DNA from: Azolla caroliniana
Taxonomy: Eukaryota > Plantae > Polypodiophyta
Length of the DNA stretch: 64,000 nucleotides
Reading direction: 5' to 3'
Assembly: GCA_043228905.1 (NCBI GenBank)
Contig: JBHGNT010000010.1
Location: 22,010,001-22,074,000 of the forward strand
Every line of letters starts with the position of its first letter. Positions within the stretch are counted from its first letter, which is position 1. The notes under the pieces are model-generated. The model was not told the origin of the DNA, ran no database searches, and saw nothing but the letters and a program-made list of their open reading frames with translations. This document shows, in pieces, positions 13,955 through 24,809 of the stretch. The position numbers and the translations under genes were made by a program.

Positions 13955-14607
13955 TCTAATTAGCTAAGCCGTAAAAAGTATGGAAACTATTTTGCTGCTA
14001 TCGGTGTAGCTAATTAGCTACTACCATAGTTGATTAAAGCAGCTAATAGCTATCCTATTAGCTAATTAGCTACTGCCATAGTTTACTACAATAGTTAATT
14101 AGCTAAGTGGTAGCTAGTTAGCTACTAGCTAATTAGCTATCCTACTGGCAGCTAGTTAGCTACTACCTAATTAGCACCATAGTTGTGTAAAGTAGCTAAT
14201 TAGCTATCCTACTAGCTAATTAGCTACTGGTAGTTAATGAGCTACTAGCTAATTAGCTATCCTAGTAGCTAATTAGCTATGGTACTAGCTAATTAACTAT
14301 CCTAGTAACTAATTAGCTACTCATAGCTAATTAGCTAGTACCATAGTTGTGTAAAAAAGTTAATTAGCTATCTTACTAGCTAATTAGCTACTGGCAACTA
14401 ATTAGCTATCCTAGTAGCTAATTAGCTATCCTACTAGCTAATTAGCTATCCTAGTAGCTAATTAGCTACTGGCAGCTAAGTAGCTATCCTAGTAGCTAAT
14501 AAGCTATCCTAACTACTACATAGTTGAGAAAGTAGCTAATTAGTTATCCTACTAGCTAATTAGCTACTGCCATAGTTGTGTAAAGTAGCTAATTAGCTAT
14601 CCTAGCT
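13955..14607. repeat. Array of the 14-bp palindrome TAGCTAATTAGCTA (about 20-bp period), left part of the cargo-gene intron
   Basis: Dozens of TAGCTAATTAGCTA copies separated by ~6-bp linkers such as TCCTAG and CTGGCA. Confidence 0.95.
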
Positions 14608-17600
14608 CCCTTACTAACTCTAATCTTCAATCGTGCCCTTGCAGAGGGTTTTCCATCACAATGGACCATGAACACAGTGGCCCCGATACATAAGGGGGGG
14701 GACCCCATGGACCCAAATACTTATAGGACCATTATGATAGGTCATACCCTTGCTAAATTATATGGTGCAGTAATGGAGGCAGAGCTTAGCGAGTATATGG
14801 AGACCTTAAATCTTCGTGCACCTGAACAGGCCGGCTTTAGACGAGCCTTCTCCACTATTGACCATATCTTCACACTTAGATGCTTAATTGACCAGACTAA
14901 GGCTCGCAAGAAGAAACTATATTGTTGTTTTGTGGACTTCCGCAAAGCCTTTGACACGGTCCCTAGAGAGCGGTTGTTTGATAGGCTTAAGAGCTTGAGG
15001 ATACCAGATGACATGGTTTGGGCCATCTACGCACTATATGAACAAGTGTCCGGGTGTGTTCGATGCCTAGGCGGCATATCCGATAGTTTCACTAGCACTA
15101 TTGGTGTAAAACAAGGTTGCCCCTTATCTCCGACTCTTTTTGGGATCTACATTGATGAGATCACAGATTTTATTGCTCGTAAGGGAGGCAATGGAGTAGT
15201 CCTTGGAGATACGCAAGTGCGTATCTTGCTCTATGCAGATGACATAGTTTTGCTCTCTGAATCCGAACACGACCTACAAAGGCACCTTAATGCCTTAGAT
15301 GACTTTTGCACACAACGAGGATTGGTAGTGAATCTAGGGAAAACTAAAGTCCTTATCTTCCACACGTCGGCCCAAGTTAGAGCTAAGTGTCACCTAACTA
15401 TCTCCCATAGCCCAGTTGAGGTGGTTGGATCATATGTCTATCTCGGAGTCACTTTCAGTGCCCGCTCAGGTAAATTTTTGATGACACAAGCAGCGAAGGA
15501 TAGACTTACAAGAGGACATGCATCCCTCTCACTCCTCGAGAGACAATGCCACCAAGCATACTTCCAAGAGCCACGAACTAAAGGGTGGCTCTTTGACTCA
15601 TTAGTGACTCCCTCTCTCATGTATGCATCAGCGGTTTGGGCCCCAGGACTACCATCTTTCATGTGGACGCAATTAGAGAGACCATTGGTAATGATGTTAT
15701 CACGCCAACTCCGAAGCAAATCGTCGGTCCCACATTGTTGGGATTACGGTCCCTTTCGGATGGGATGGTCGGATGTCAGAGATGAATGCCGACAAGCCCG
15801 GTTGCGGTTTCGGAACCGGATGATGAAGACCCCGGCTTCGGAGCCGGATGACGAATGTACCCGGAGAGAGATCCGGATGCGGGGACATATCTGTGAATAT
15901 GTTTGCCAAGGGCCCTTGAGGCTATAGTTGTAAATAGCCCCAAAGTCATATGTGTATAAATATGACTTAGGGCAAACAGTTTTAATATTGCTACTCATTT
16001 TTCTGTTTTTCCACTCAAGAGGAGTGAAGAGAGAGCAGCCGTGAGAGAGATAGAGCGTGAGAGAGGAAGAGGTCAACGCCTCTGTGTATTTCCGCCGCCT
16101 GTGGCGAGGACATCGAGCTCAAGGTCGTCGCTTTGCAGCTCGCCATTGTATACTTCTCTGTGCATAGTTTTGGTTCGGAGTCTTGTACTCCCGTGGTTTT
16201 TCCCGTACAAGGTTTTCCACGTTAAATCGTGTGTCCACTTATTTACTTCTGCATTTCCCATTTTCTGCAACAACGATTCGTGTGTTTCCTTGGTTGTGGC
16301 CGAGAGGTGAAGTTTGGAAAGTGTCGATTGATTTTTCCATCAATTTGGTATCAGAGCAGGCTGCTGCAGAAAATGGAAGGCGGCGGCAGCGGGCAGCCGG
16401 GGATGATGGTGTTGAATGCGCAGAATTACGCCGACTGGAAGATCAAGATGGAGGATCTTCTGATTGTTCGGGACCTGTACGAACCGATTGACAGGTCGGA
16501 AATACCGAAGGGAGTACTTGAGTCGGAATGGAGGCTTCTGAACCGGAAAGCCGTTGCAACCATTCGGCAATACGTGGACGTGAGCGTTCTACAACATGTG
16601 GCGAACGACACCAACGCATATGAGATGTGGCGGAAGCTGTCGGGCCTCTACGAGAGGAAGAACGCGTTGAACCGGACCTCCCTGATGAGGAAGATAGTGA
16701 ACCTCAAGTACCGGGACGGCGAGAGTATGGTGGAACACGTAAGCACGTTCATGGGATTCGTGAACCAGCTTGCGGCGATCAAGTTCCCGTTGGAGGATGC
16801 AATGCAAGCCATCATTCTGATGTGTACATTGCCGGAAAGCTGGGAGAACTTGGTGGTGACTCTCAGCACCTCCTGCACGGAAGATAACTTGTCCCTACAA
16901 ACGGTAAAGACAAGTATTTTGAACGAAGAAGCGCGTCGGAGAGATAAAGAATCGGCCTCCGACTCGAAGGCGCTGCTTACCGAATCGGAACGGGGAAGAC
17001 AATGGAACCGGAGTCCGCAAAGACGGGAGAAGTCGGGGACCCGGTCGCAGTCAAGAGGAAGACCCACATGCTTCCACTGTGGGAAGCCGGGGCACTTCCG
17101 GAAGAATTGTCGGCATTACCGAAAGGACAACGGAGCCGACGACACCGATTCGAAGAAGTCACCGGAGAGAAATGGTGCATACCGGGGAGCCACAGACCGG
17201 AGAGGTCCGGATCGGCGAGGGCAGGACCGGAAAGGAACGACGGCACTCGCGGCAAGTGAGGAAGAAATCATGCTCATCACCGAAGAAGGTGAACTAAACA
17301 TTGCCGGCGATGAGACGACCTGGGTGGTCGATTCCGGAGCATCGTTCCACCTGACCCCGGAGAGAAGATACTTCTCATCCTACACAGCCGGTGAGCATGG
17401 CTGTGTTCGGATGGGAAATGAAGGTACGTGCCGGATTGCCGGCATAGGAGACGTGTGGGTGACAACCTCGACCGGATGCAAAATGCTGCTGAAGGATGTC
17501 AGACACGTTCCGGAGGTTCGATTGAACCTGATTTCGGCCGGGAGGCTAGACGATGAAGGCTACACAGGTAGCATCCGGAACGGCGTAATGAAGTTCAGCA

Positions 17601-20600
17601 AGGGGAGCCTGATAGTGGCTCGGGCCCGGAAAGTCAACACACTGTACCTTATGAATGCCTGGTTGTGTCCGGAAGAGTTGAACGTGGCAGCCGACACTGC
17701 CGGTGAGCTGTGGCACAAGAGACTGTGCCACATGAGTGAGAAGGGGATGAAGAGGCTTGCAGAAGACAACCTTATTCCAGTGAAGCATGTGCACCTGGAG
17801 AAGTGCACCGATTGCCGGGCCGGTAAGCAGAACCGAACCTCCTTCCACTCAAGGCCACCGACGAGACGTAGCGCACCATTGGAGTTGGTGCACACTGATG
17901 TGTGTCAGGTAGAAACGAAGTCACATGGCGGAGCCCAGTACTTCGTAACATTCATTGATGATCACAGCCGGAAGCTGTGGACGGCACCGTTGAAGACAAA
18001 GGACCAAGTGTTGTGCGTCTTCAAAGAACTCCACGCGAGAGTGGAAAGGGAATCCGGCAAGAAGCTGAAAGCGATACGAGCGGATAACGGAGGGGAATAC
18101 CGGGGGCAGTTCGCGGAGTACTGTCACTCGAAGGGAATCCGGCTCGAGTTTACTGTGCCGAAGACGCCGGAACTGAACGGGCTGGCCGAGAGGATGAACC
18201 GGACCATAATGGAGAGGGTCCGGAGTATGCTGGCGCATGCGGAATTACCCAAGGGGTTTTGGGCTGAGGCGATGTCGACGGCGACATACGTGATAAACAG
18301 ATCACCCTCAGTACCTTTGGACGGAGACACGCCGCAGAGAGTGTGGACCGGTAGGGAAGTATCCTACCGACATCTGAAGGTGTTCGGGTGTCTCGCATAC
18401 GTGCATGTGGCAAAGGACCGGAGAGGAAAGCTAGATCCAAAGACCCGGCCATGCATATTCCTCGGTTACGGCGATGACAAGTTCGGCTACCGAGTATGGG
18501 ACCCGGTCGACAAGAAGATATTCCGGAGTCGTGATATCATCTTCATGGAGAACAAGACACTCGCCGAGTGGGAGTCGGAGAAGAAGATGAAGAGCTCCAA
18601 GTCGACCGGTGAGGATCAACTCTACGAGGAGCAGTCCCGACCGGCAAGGGACCGGTTAGCACTCGAGGATCCGGCCGAAGACGGTGAAGAAACAGAACCG
18701 GCCGAAGAAGATGAAAATGATACCGGAACCGGCCCCGATCCCGAAATGGATTCGGATGAAGAAGAATCGGAGGAACCGGTTACCGAAGCTCCGGAACGGA
18801 GATATCCTCTAAGAGAGAGAAGGGCCCCCCGGAGATTTCCGGAACCAGAGCACGTGCTGCTAACCGACGAGGGGGAGCCGGAGAGCTTTGAAGAAGCAAA
18901 GCATGACACCCAGAGCCGCAGGTGGTTGAGTGCCATGCAGGACGAGATGGATTCCCTGCATGAGAACCACACATATGAACTTGTGGAGTTGCCGAAAGGA
19001 AAGCGGGCACTTCGAAACAAGTGGGTGTTCAAGCTGAAACCGGGAGATGCCGGAAAACCCCCGAGATACAAAGCCAGGATCGTGGTGAAGGGGTTTCAGC
19101 AGAAGAAGGGCGTCGACTTCGACGAGATATTTGCCCCGGTAGTGAAGATGACCTCCATCCGGACGGTGCTGAGCATAGCGGCAAGCATGGACCTCGAGGT
19201 AGAACAGATGGACGTGAAGACGGCATTCCTTCACGGTGACCTCGAAGAAGAGATCTACATGCAGCAACCGGAAGGATTTGAGAAGAAAGGGAAGGAGCAC
19301 CTGGTATGCCGGTTGAAGAAGAGCCTTTACGGACTAAAGCAGGCTCCCCGGCAATGGTACCGGAAGTTCGACTCCTTCATGACCGACGAAGGGTACCTCA
19401 AAACGCAGTCCGACCACTGCGTGTTTGTGAAGAAGTTCGAAGGAGGAGACTCTCTAATACTCCTCCTGTACGTGGACGACATGTTGATCGTCGGACGGGA
19501 CCAGGTCAAGATACGGATGCTGAAGAAGGCTCTTCACCGAACCTTCTCAATGAAGGACTTGGGTCCGGCAAGACAAATACTAGGGATGCACATCATCCGG
19601 GACCGGAGCAAGAAGCAGTTGTGGCTGTCACAAGAGAAGTACGTGACAAAGGTGCTTAAACGGTTCAACATGTCGGAAGCAAGACCGGTCGGATTGACCC
19701 TCCCGGCAAACTGCAAGCTGTCCAGCAAGCAAAGCCCCAAGACAAAGGCTGAGAAGGAGGACATGATGAAAGTGCCATATGCCTCTGCCGTCGGAAGCTT
19801 GATGTACGCAATGGTGTGTACAAGACCGGACATTGGATACGCAGTCGGAGTGGTGAGCCGGTACATGAGCAATCCTGGCAAAGAGCATTGGAACGCGGCC
19901 AAGTGGATACTCCGATACCTGAAGGGCACGGCAAACGTGTGCCTCCGATTCGGCTCCGGTAAGCCCGAACTCGACGGCTTTACCGATTCGGATATGTCGG
20001 CTGATGCAGATACCAGCCGGTCCACATCAGGGTATGTGATGACGTATGCAGGGGGAGCTGTTTCATGGCAGTCGAGGCTGCAGAAGACGGTTGCGTTGTC
20101 AACCACGGAGGCGGAGTACATGGCGGCTGTTGAAGCCGGCAAGGAAATAATATGGATGAAGGACTTCATTAGAGAGCTCGGTATCCAGCAGGAGGAGTAC
20201 CGACTCTACTGCGACAGTCAGAGTGCCATCCACCTTGCGAAGAACGCGGCCTATCACTCCCGGACGAAGCACATCCAGCGAAGATATCACTGGATCCGGG
20301 AAAGGATAGAAGACAAGGAGTTCGCGCTGACAAAGGTCCATACGGACGAGAACGGGTCGGATATGCTGACCAAGGTGCTCACACCCGACAAGCTAGAAGC
20401 ATGCCGGAAGAGGATCGGATTGGAGAGACATCCCATGCCGAAGTGAAGGGGGAGTTTGTTGGGATTACGGTCCCTTTCGGATGGGATGGTCGGATGTCAG
20501 AGATGAATGCCGACAAGCCCGGTTGCGGTTTCGGAACCGGATGATGAAGACCCCGGCTTCGGAGCCGGATGACGAATGTACCCGGAGAGAGATCCGGATG

Positions 20601-22133
20601 CGGGGACATATCTATGAATATGTTTGCCAAGGGCCCTTGAGGCTATAGTTGTAAATAGCCCCAAAGTCATATGTGTATAAATATGACTTAGGGCAAACAG
20701 TTTTAATATTGCTACTCATTTTTCTGTTTTTCCACTCAAGAGGAGTGAAGAGAGAGCAGCTGTGAGAGAGATAGAGCGTGAGAGAGGAAGAGGTCGACGC
20801 CTCTGTGTATTTCTGCCGCCTGTGGCGAGGACAGCGAGCTCAAGGTCGTCGCTTTGCAGCTCGCCATTGTATACTTCTCTGTGCATAGTTTTGGTTCGGA
20901 GTCTTGTACTCCCGTGGTTTTTCCCGTACAGGGTTTTCCACGTTAAATCGTGTGTCCACTTATTTACTTCTGCATTTCCCATTTTCTGCAACAACGATTC
21001 GTGTGTTTCCTTGGTTGTGGCCGAGAGGTGAAGTTTGGAAAGTGTCGATTGATTTTTCCATCACACATGACATTATTAGGGCTGAGTTCACTCTACCCCC
21101 TATGTTAGTAGAAACACTTTTTCAACTGGTAGTCTTTATACACAGGATACATAACCAACCACTTGATAGAATATCCCACCAAGCCTTTAAGGCTTCTCGA
21201 GCACTGTATGAGTCCGGCTATACTAGCTCATGGTATGGCATGATGGTGAGTTGGCTTCTTGCCAACGGTCTAGACATTACTAACCTCCCCCCCCTTAAGT
21301 ACGACCACACGAATGATAACACTTTACTCTCTCATGAGGACCATAATAAAGTAATACGCCAAGAAATATGGCAAATTTATACCCGGTATAAATGGATCAC
21401 CCCACTAGAGCCACTCCCATCTAAAATGTCGTACTATAAGGAACACTTCATGCACTTCTCTGAGTTAGGTTTTATCACGCGCCCAAAATATCTAGATGTA
21501 TTCTTACCACATGCACTAAGGGTTGCCATTGGTCAACTTAGAATATCATCTCACCAACTTGAGATTGAGAATGGACGTACTAATGGAGTCCCTAGGGAGG
21601 AAAGGATATGTAGGTTATGCCACATAGAGATAGAGGATGAGTACCATTTTACATGCAAATGCCCCACCTATGCCGAGATAAGGGCAAAATACCAAGACAT
21701 ACTTGGTTCCTCTCCCACCCTCCCTAAACTATTAGATACACTAGATATAAAGAAATTAGGTAGATACATCTTAGAATTGAAACACCACAGAGAGAACAAA
21801 TTACAAAACGTTGATAATAATGTTGCTAATGTTTACCAACATATAACAAATGAAGTTTTTCAGGAACAGGGGGAGACAATGAATGTCGACACACCTGCAC
21901 CACTTGGACTTCTCCTTGATGAAGCAGAAAATCAAAGAAGAACCAAACGCCCTCGGATGCCGGGTTTCAAAGCAACTCGACGAGATGGAGAAGCAATAAA
22001 GAAAATAAGGGAACGTGAACTACACCGCCTAGAAGCCATGGCTAGGGCACTCTATGCATCGGGACCATGGGTCACACCCACACCAAAAACTTTTGACCTC
22101 CCACTTCTTTTTGAGAGACTTGGGTGGAAATGA
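14602..22133 (+). CDS. RTEX-like RT ORF, open for ~730 codons after removing the Copia and one TSD (join 14602-15735 and 21069-22133)
   Basis: ...SSVPH|DIIRAEF... joins in frame across the CACAT TSD; no stop in either half. Confidence 0.85.
15736..21063 (+). mobile_element. Intact, very young Ty1/Copia (Tnt1/Tork-like) retrotransposon, 5328 bp
   Basis: 607-bp LTRs 15736-16342 and 20457-21063 (six substitutions counted by eye); perfect TSD CACAT; PBS TGGTATCAGAGC 16346-16357 (tRNA-iMet); PPT AGGGGGAG 20447-20454. Confidence 0.98.
16373..20446 (+). CDS. Copia gag-pol polyprotein (1357 aa; Gag, CCHC knuckle, protease, integrase, RT, RNase H)
   Basis: Single open frame from ATG 16373; CFHCGKPGHFRKNC, WVVDSGAS, LVHTDVC/RADNGGEY/NGLAERMN, QMDVKTAFLHG, LYVDDM, GFTDSD and KHIQRRYHWIRE are all intact. 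Confidence 0.97.
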   Translation: MEGGGSGQPGMMVLNAQNYADWKIKMEDLLIVRDLYEPIDRSEIPKGVLESEWRLLNRKAVATIRQYVDVSVLQHVANDTNAYEMWRKLSGLYERKNALNRTSLMRKIVNLKYRDGESMVEHVSTFMGFVNQLAAIKFPLEDAMQAIILMCTLPESWENLVVTLSTSCTEDNLSLQTVKTSILNEEARRRDKESASDSKALLTESERGRQWNRSPQRREKSGTRSQSRGRPTCFHCGKPGHFRKNCRHYRKDNGADDTDSKKSPERNGAYRGATDRRGPDRRGQDRKGTTALAASEEEIMLITEEGELNIAGDETTWVVDSGASFHLTPERRYFSSYTAGEHGCVRMGNEGTCRIAGIGDVWVTTSTGCKMLLKDVRHVPEVRLNLISAGRLDDEGYTGSIRNGVMKFSKGSLIVARARKVNTLYLMNAWLCPEELNVAADTAGELWHKRLCHMSEKGMKRLAEDNLIPVKHVHLEKCTDCRAGKQNRTSFHSRPPTRRSAPLELVHTDVCQVETKSHGGAQYFVTFIDDHSRKLWTAPLKTKDQVLCVFKELHARVERESGKKLKAIRADNGGEYRGQFAEYCHSKGIRLEFTVPKTPELNGLAERMNRTIMERVRSMLAHAELPKGFWAEAMSTATYVINRSPSVPLDGDTPQRVWTGREVSYRHLKVFGCLAYVHVAKDRRGKLDPKTRPCIFLGYGDDKFGYRVWDPVDKKIFRSRDIIFMENKTLAEWESEKKMKSSKSTGEDQLYEEQSRPARDRLALEDPAEDGEETEPAEEDENDTGTGPDPEMDSDEEESEEPVTEAPERRYPLRERRAPRRFPEPEHVLLTDEGEPESFEEAKHDTQSRRWLSAMQDEMDSLHENHTYELVELPKGKRALRNKWVFKLKPGDAGKPPRYKARIVVKGFQQKKGVDFDEIFAPVVKMTSIRTVLSIAASMDLEVEQMDVKTAFLHGDLEEEIYMQQPEGFEKKGKEHLVCRLKKSLYGLKQAPRQWYRKFDSFMTDEGYLKTQSDHCVFVKKFEGGDSLILLLYVDDMLIVGRDQVKIRMLKKALHRTFSMKDLGPARQILGMHIIRDRSKKQLWLSQEKYVTKVLKRFNMSEARPVGLTLPANCKLSSKQSPKTKAEKEDMMKVPYASAVGSLMYAMVCTRPDIGYAVGVVSRYMSNPGKEHWNAAKWILRYLKGTANVCLRFGSGKPELDGFTDSDMSADADTSRSTSGYVMTYAGGAVSWQSRLQKTVALSTTEAEYMAAVEAGKEIIWMKDFIRELGIQQEEYRLYCDSQSAIHLAKNAAYHSRTKHIQRRYHWIRERIEDKEFALTKVHTDENGSDMLTKVLTPDKLEACRKRIGLERHPMPK

Positions 22134-22304
22134 GATTAGGCTTGGTGCAAAGTTTTGTACACTACTAGAACTTTCTTAGCTTAAGCTATTTTCTTTTATT
22201 TTTAGTTTTGATGATTGGATAAACACTCATTTTTTGTTGTAACCTATTTGTCTCATGGGCCAAATTTGGCCTTAGAAGACGTTAATATATCTTTCTTTCT
22301 TTCT

Positions 22305-22680
22305 ATTACCATAGTTGAGAAAAGTAGCTAATTAGCTATCCTAGCTACTACCATAGTTGAGTAAAGTAGCTAATTAGCTATCCTAGCTACTACCAACCAT
22401 AGTAGCTAATTAGCTATCCTAGCTACTACCATACTTAGTAAAGTAGCTAATTAGCTATCCTAGCTACTACCATAGTTGAGTAAAGTAGCTAATTAGCTAT
22501 CCTAGCTACTACCATAGTTTAGTAAAGTAGCTAATTAGCTATCCTAGCTACTACCATACTTAGTAAAGTAGCTAATTAGCTATCCTAGCTACTACCATAG
22601 TTGAGTAAAGTAGCTAATTAGCTATCCTAGCTACTACCATAGTTTAGTAAAGTAGCTAATTAGCTATCCTAAATAGCTGC
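22305..22680. repeat. 42-bp tandem repeat containing TAGCTAATTAGCTA, with a 126-bp higher-order structure
   Basis: Unit TAGCTAATTAGCTATCCTAGCTACTACCATA(GTTG/GTTT/CTT)AGTAAAG; the three variants cycle twice between ~22430 and 22660. Confidence 0.93.
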
Positions 22681-23483
22681 CATGTTATTGTAGAATCTTG
22701 TGGATTAAGGACGGCACATGATGTGTCTGGTGTTGATGACGCTGCAACAGATGAGGATACTGCTGCCAACGTGGCTGAAAGTAAGAGTCCTGCTATCACA
22801 TCTCCTTCAGATAAACTCCACCCTATTCTTTTGGAACAATGTACTGAATTAGGCAACGATGTGAAATGCCATGAAATAGTGGAAACAACATGTAAAACTG
22901 AGGTTCACAACAACAGTGTTTATGAACACTTGATGCAACATTTCTTCGAATCTCAAGACCTTGATTCCACTAAATCGAGCCCAACTACTGAAAATGTCCA
23001 AACAGATCCCTCTGTACTTGAAAAGCTAGCGCAAGAAACGGTTGATGTGCAATTAGCTGCTGAGGCGATGGGAAGGTTGTCGGAGGAGGACACACTTGCG
23101 CATTGGGTGAAAGAAGCAAGGCTAAATGGGCAACCGACCAGAAAAAGGCTGAAGAAGGGGCCACGATCGGGAACAAGACCAATTACTCGGTCAAGGGGCC
23201 CAGACGTAGTGGAGCAAAATACTGTTTAGTTGGATATGATTGTTAGCTTAGGGATTTTGCTAGGGTTTTAGGAAGTTTTACTATCCTGTTGGACAAGTAA
23301 AACCTCAGATTGGTTGTTGCTTGATCCACATTATGTAATGGAACTCTATGATGTTTTTCCAAGATAATTTGAAGAGTGTTGTTCTATGACTGAAACTCTT
23401 TGATGTTTAGGAATCCGATGTTGTTTTGTGAGACTGTTAGTTACTTTGTGAGTGTGAATATGTTGGTGTTTTCTGATGTTGTA

Positions 23484-24461
23484 GAGTCTAAAGGGTTTGA
23501 TTCTATTGCTCGTAAGGCCAATGGCAGTGTGGATACTATTGATGTTGCGGCGTGTTTAAAGGGCCCCATCTTGAAAGTAGATGTAGCAACTGACACAAGT
23601 GATCTGGTCACACAAGTTGATCAAGCATGTTGCACGGATGAATTGATGTTGCAGGTAGATGCAACATGTGATACCAGTGGACCGATATCGAGGAGATCAG
23701 TAGCTACATGCATCGAGGTAATCCAAGGATTGATAACTAAGTCGACAACACAAGAGCACTAGAATGTGAAGCCAGGCCCAACACAGTCAACTAGGGGTTT
23801 GAAGAGGAAAAGGACGCCAATTGTGTCGGCCGAGCCTGAGCTAATTGAGATTGATCGTGTCCTACCAGAAAATGGTGTAACAACGGCTCAGTTTCAGGAA
23901 TGGAAACCTAAACCACTAGAAGTCAAAAGAAGAGCCTTGATCTTGGAGCTTGATAAAGTCTTGATGAGTGTGAGATATATGCAGCCAAGGAGGGACGCGA
24001 ATAAGTTTCTAGAGTGGGCTGTACAATACTTTGATTTGTTTATTTGGAGTGAAAAACCAAAATCAGATTTGTGGAAGTGTTTAACAAGATTCTTCCCAAA
24101 ATGGCGAAGTCATTTTAAAGGTCAATGGGCACGAGAAAATTGTGAGCAAATGGAAGCTGCAAGATTCAAGAGACTTTATGTTTTTTGGGCTACTTGGCCT
24201 GAATATAATGCCGACAACACATTGATTTTGGATACAAAACATTTTCGACACTACTTCAATATTCGGAGATGCTGTCTCATTCTACTCGAGGAAATGCCTA
24301 AACAGTACCTGGTGCAAACAGTGAGCTGCCAACTAGGTGCATGGTTGTGGACTCCATACCGAGCTCGATATGCGGATAATATATGTAGACTCGTTCCACT
24401 GACTAGCAAGAGCTTAGCTGTTTATAGGAGATTTGTAGACATTTCCAATGGTAATTTATAA
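23484..24461 (+). pseudogene. Sola cargo ORF 2: FCP1/NIF (UBLCP1/CTD-phosphatase-like HAD) domain protein with altered catalytic motif
   Basis: ORFs 23400-23762 and 23766-24461 share a frame and are separated by one TAG; LILELDKVL..FLEWAVQYFDLFIWS..KRLYVFWATWPEYNADNTLILD parallels the NIF pattern LVLDxDxTL..FL....YDIVIWS..KPL..IW.....Y...NTI.FDD; NLS-like LKRKR upstream; acceptor GTTGTAG at 23483. Confidence 0.62.
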
Positions 24462-24809
24462 ATATGTAAAGAGATGACATTATTCAATGAAGAATTTAAT
24501 TACTTGTTCCCACTGTACTTATCTACTGTGTAATTTGAGGAATATGTTGCAGATTGTTGATTTCATGCTATTGATGACTATTTAGCTATTGACAGCTAAT
24601 TAGCTGCATTTGTATAGCTAATTAGCTACTGATGACTATTTCGCTATAACTTATAACTTAAAACTTAACAAAAAAGACATGATTTTATTGAGAAAGAAGC
24701 ACAGAAAGCAGATTGTATACAAGAAATTGATTCTCAAACGAATTTATTTAACTGTTTTCGCGAAATACATGTTTGTTTTACAAGAGAACATGGTAATTGC
24801 TACTTGTAG

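Larger units (their letters stand above)
14602..22304 (+). mobile_element. 5'-truncated RTEX-like non-LTR retrotransposon inserted into the palindrome array; split by an intact Copia
   Basis: RT motifs FVDFRKAFDTV, GVKQGCPLSPTLF and LLYADD; C-terminal LRISSHQLEIENGR..RICRLC..EDEYHF..CPTY; short (TTCT)n tail ending 22304; CTAGCT microhomology at the 5' junction. Confidence 0.85.
12594..23229 (+). pseudogene. Spliced Sola cargo gene 1: unknown N-terminal domain, RING-H2-like finger, acidic/basic tail; mildly decayed
   Basis: Predicted exons 12594-13293, 13359-13502, 13587-13920 and 22694-23229, joined by GT-AG introns that all keep frame (phases 0, 0, 1); RING-like CIAC-x17-CNHTYHLLC-x10-YLGDC; one frameshift (~12665) and one TGA (~12760) in exon 1. 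Without the last splice the protein would stop at 13940. Confidence 0.65.

Noticed and set aside
16229-16372. N-terminal extension of the 1405-aa ORF
   Set aside because: It starts at a GTG inside the LTR and runs through the PBS; the plausible start is ATG 16373.
19534-20169. Long antisense ORFs over Copia pol
   Set aside because: Expected shadow frames of a GC-rich coding strand; no recognisable motifs.
22305-22680. CRISPR-like palindromic repeats
   Set aside because: Linkers are short and near-identical rather than unique spacers; this is a minisatellite.
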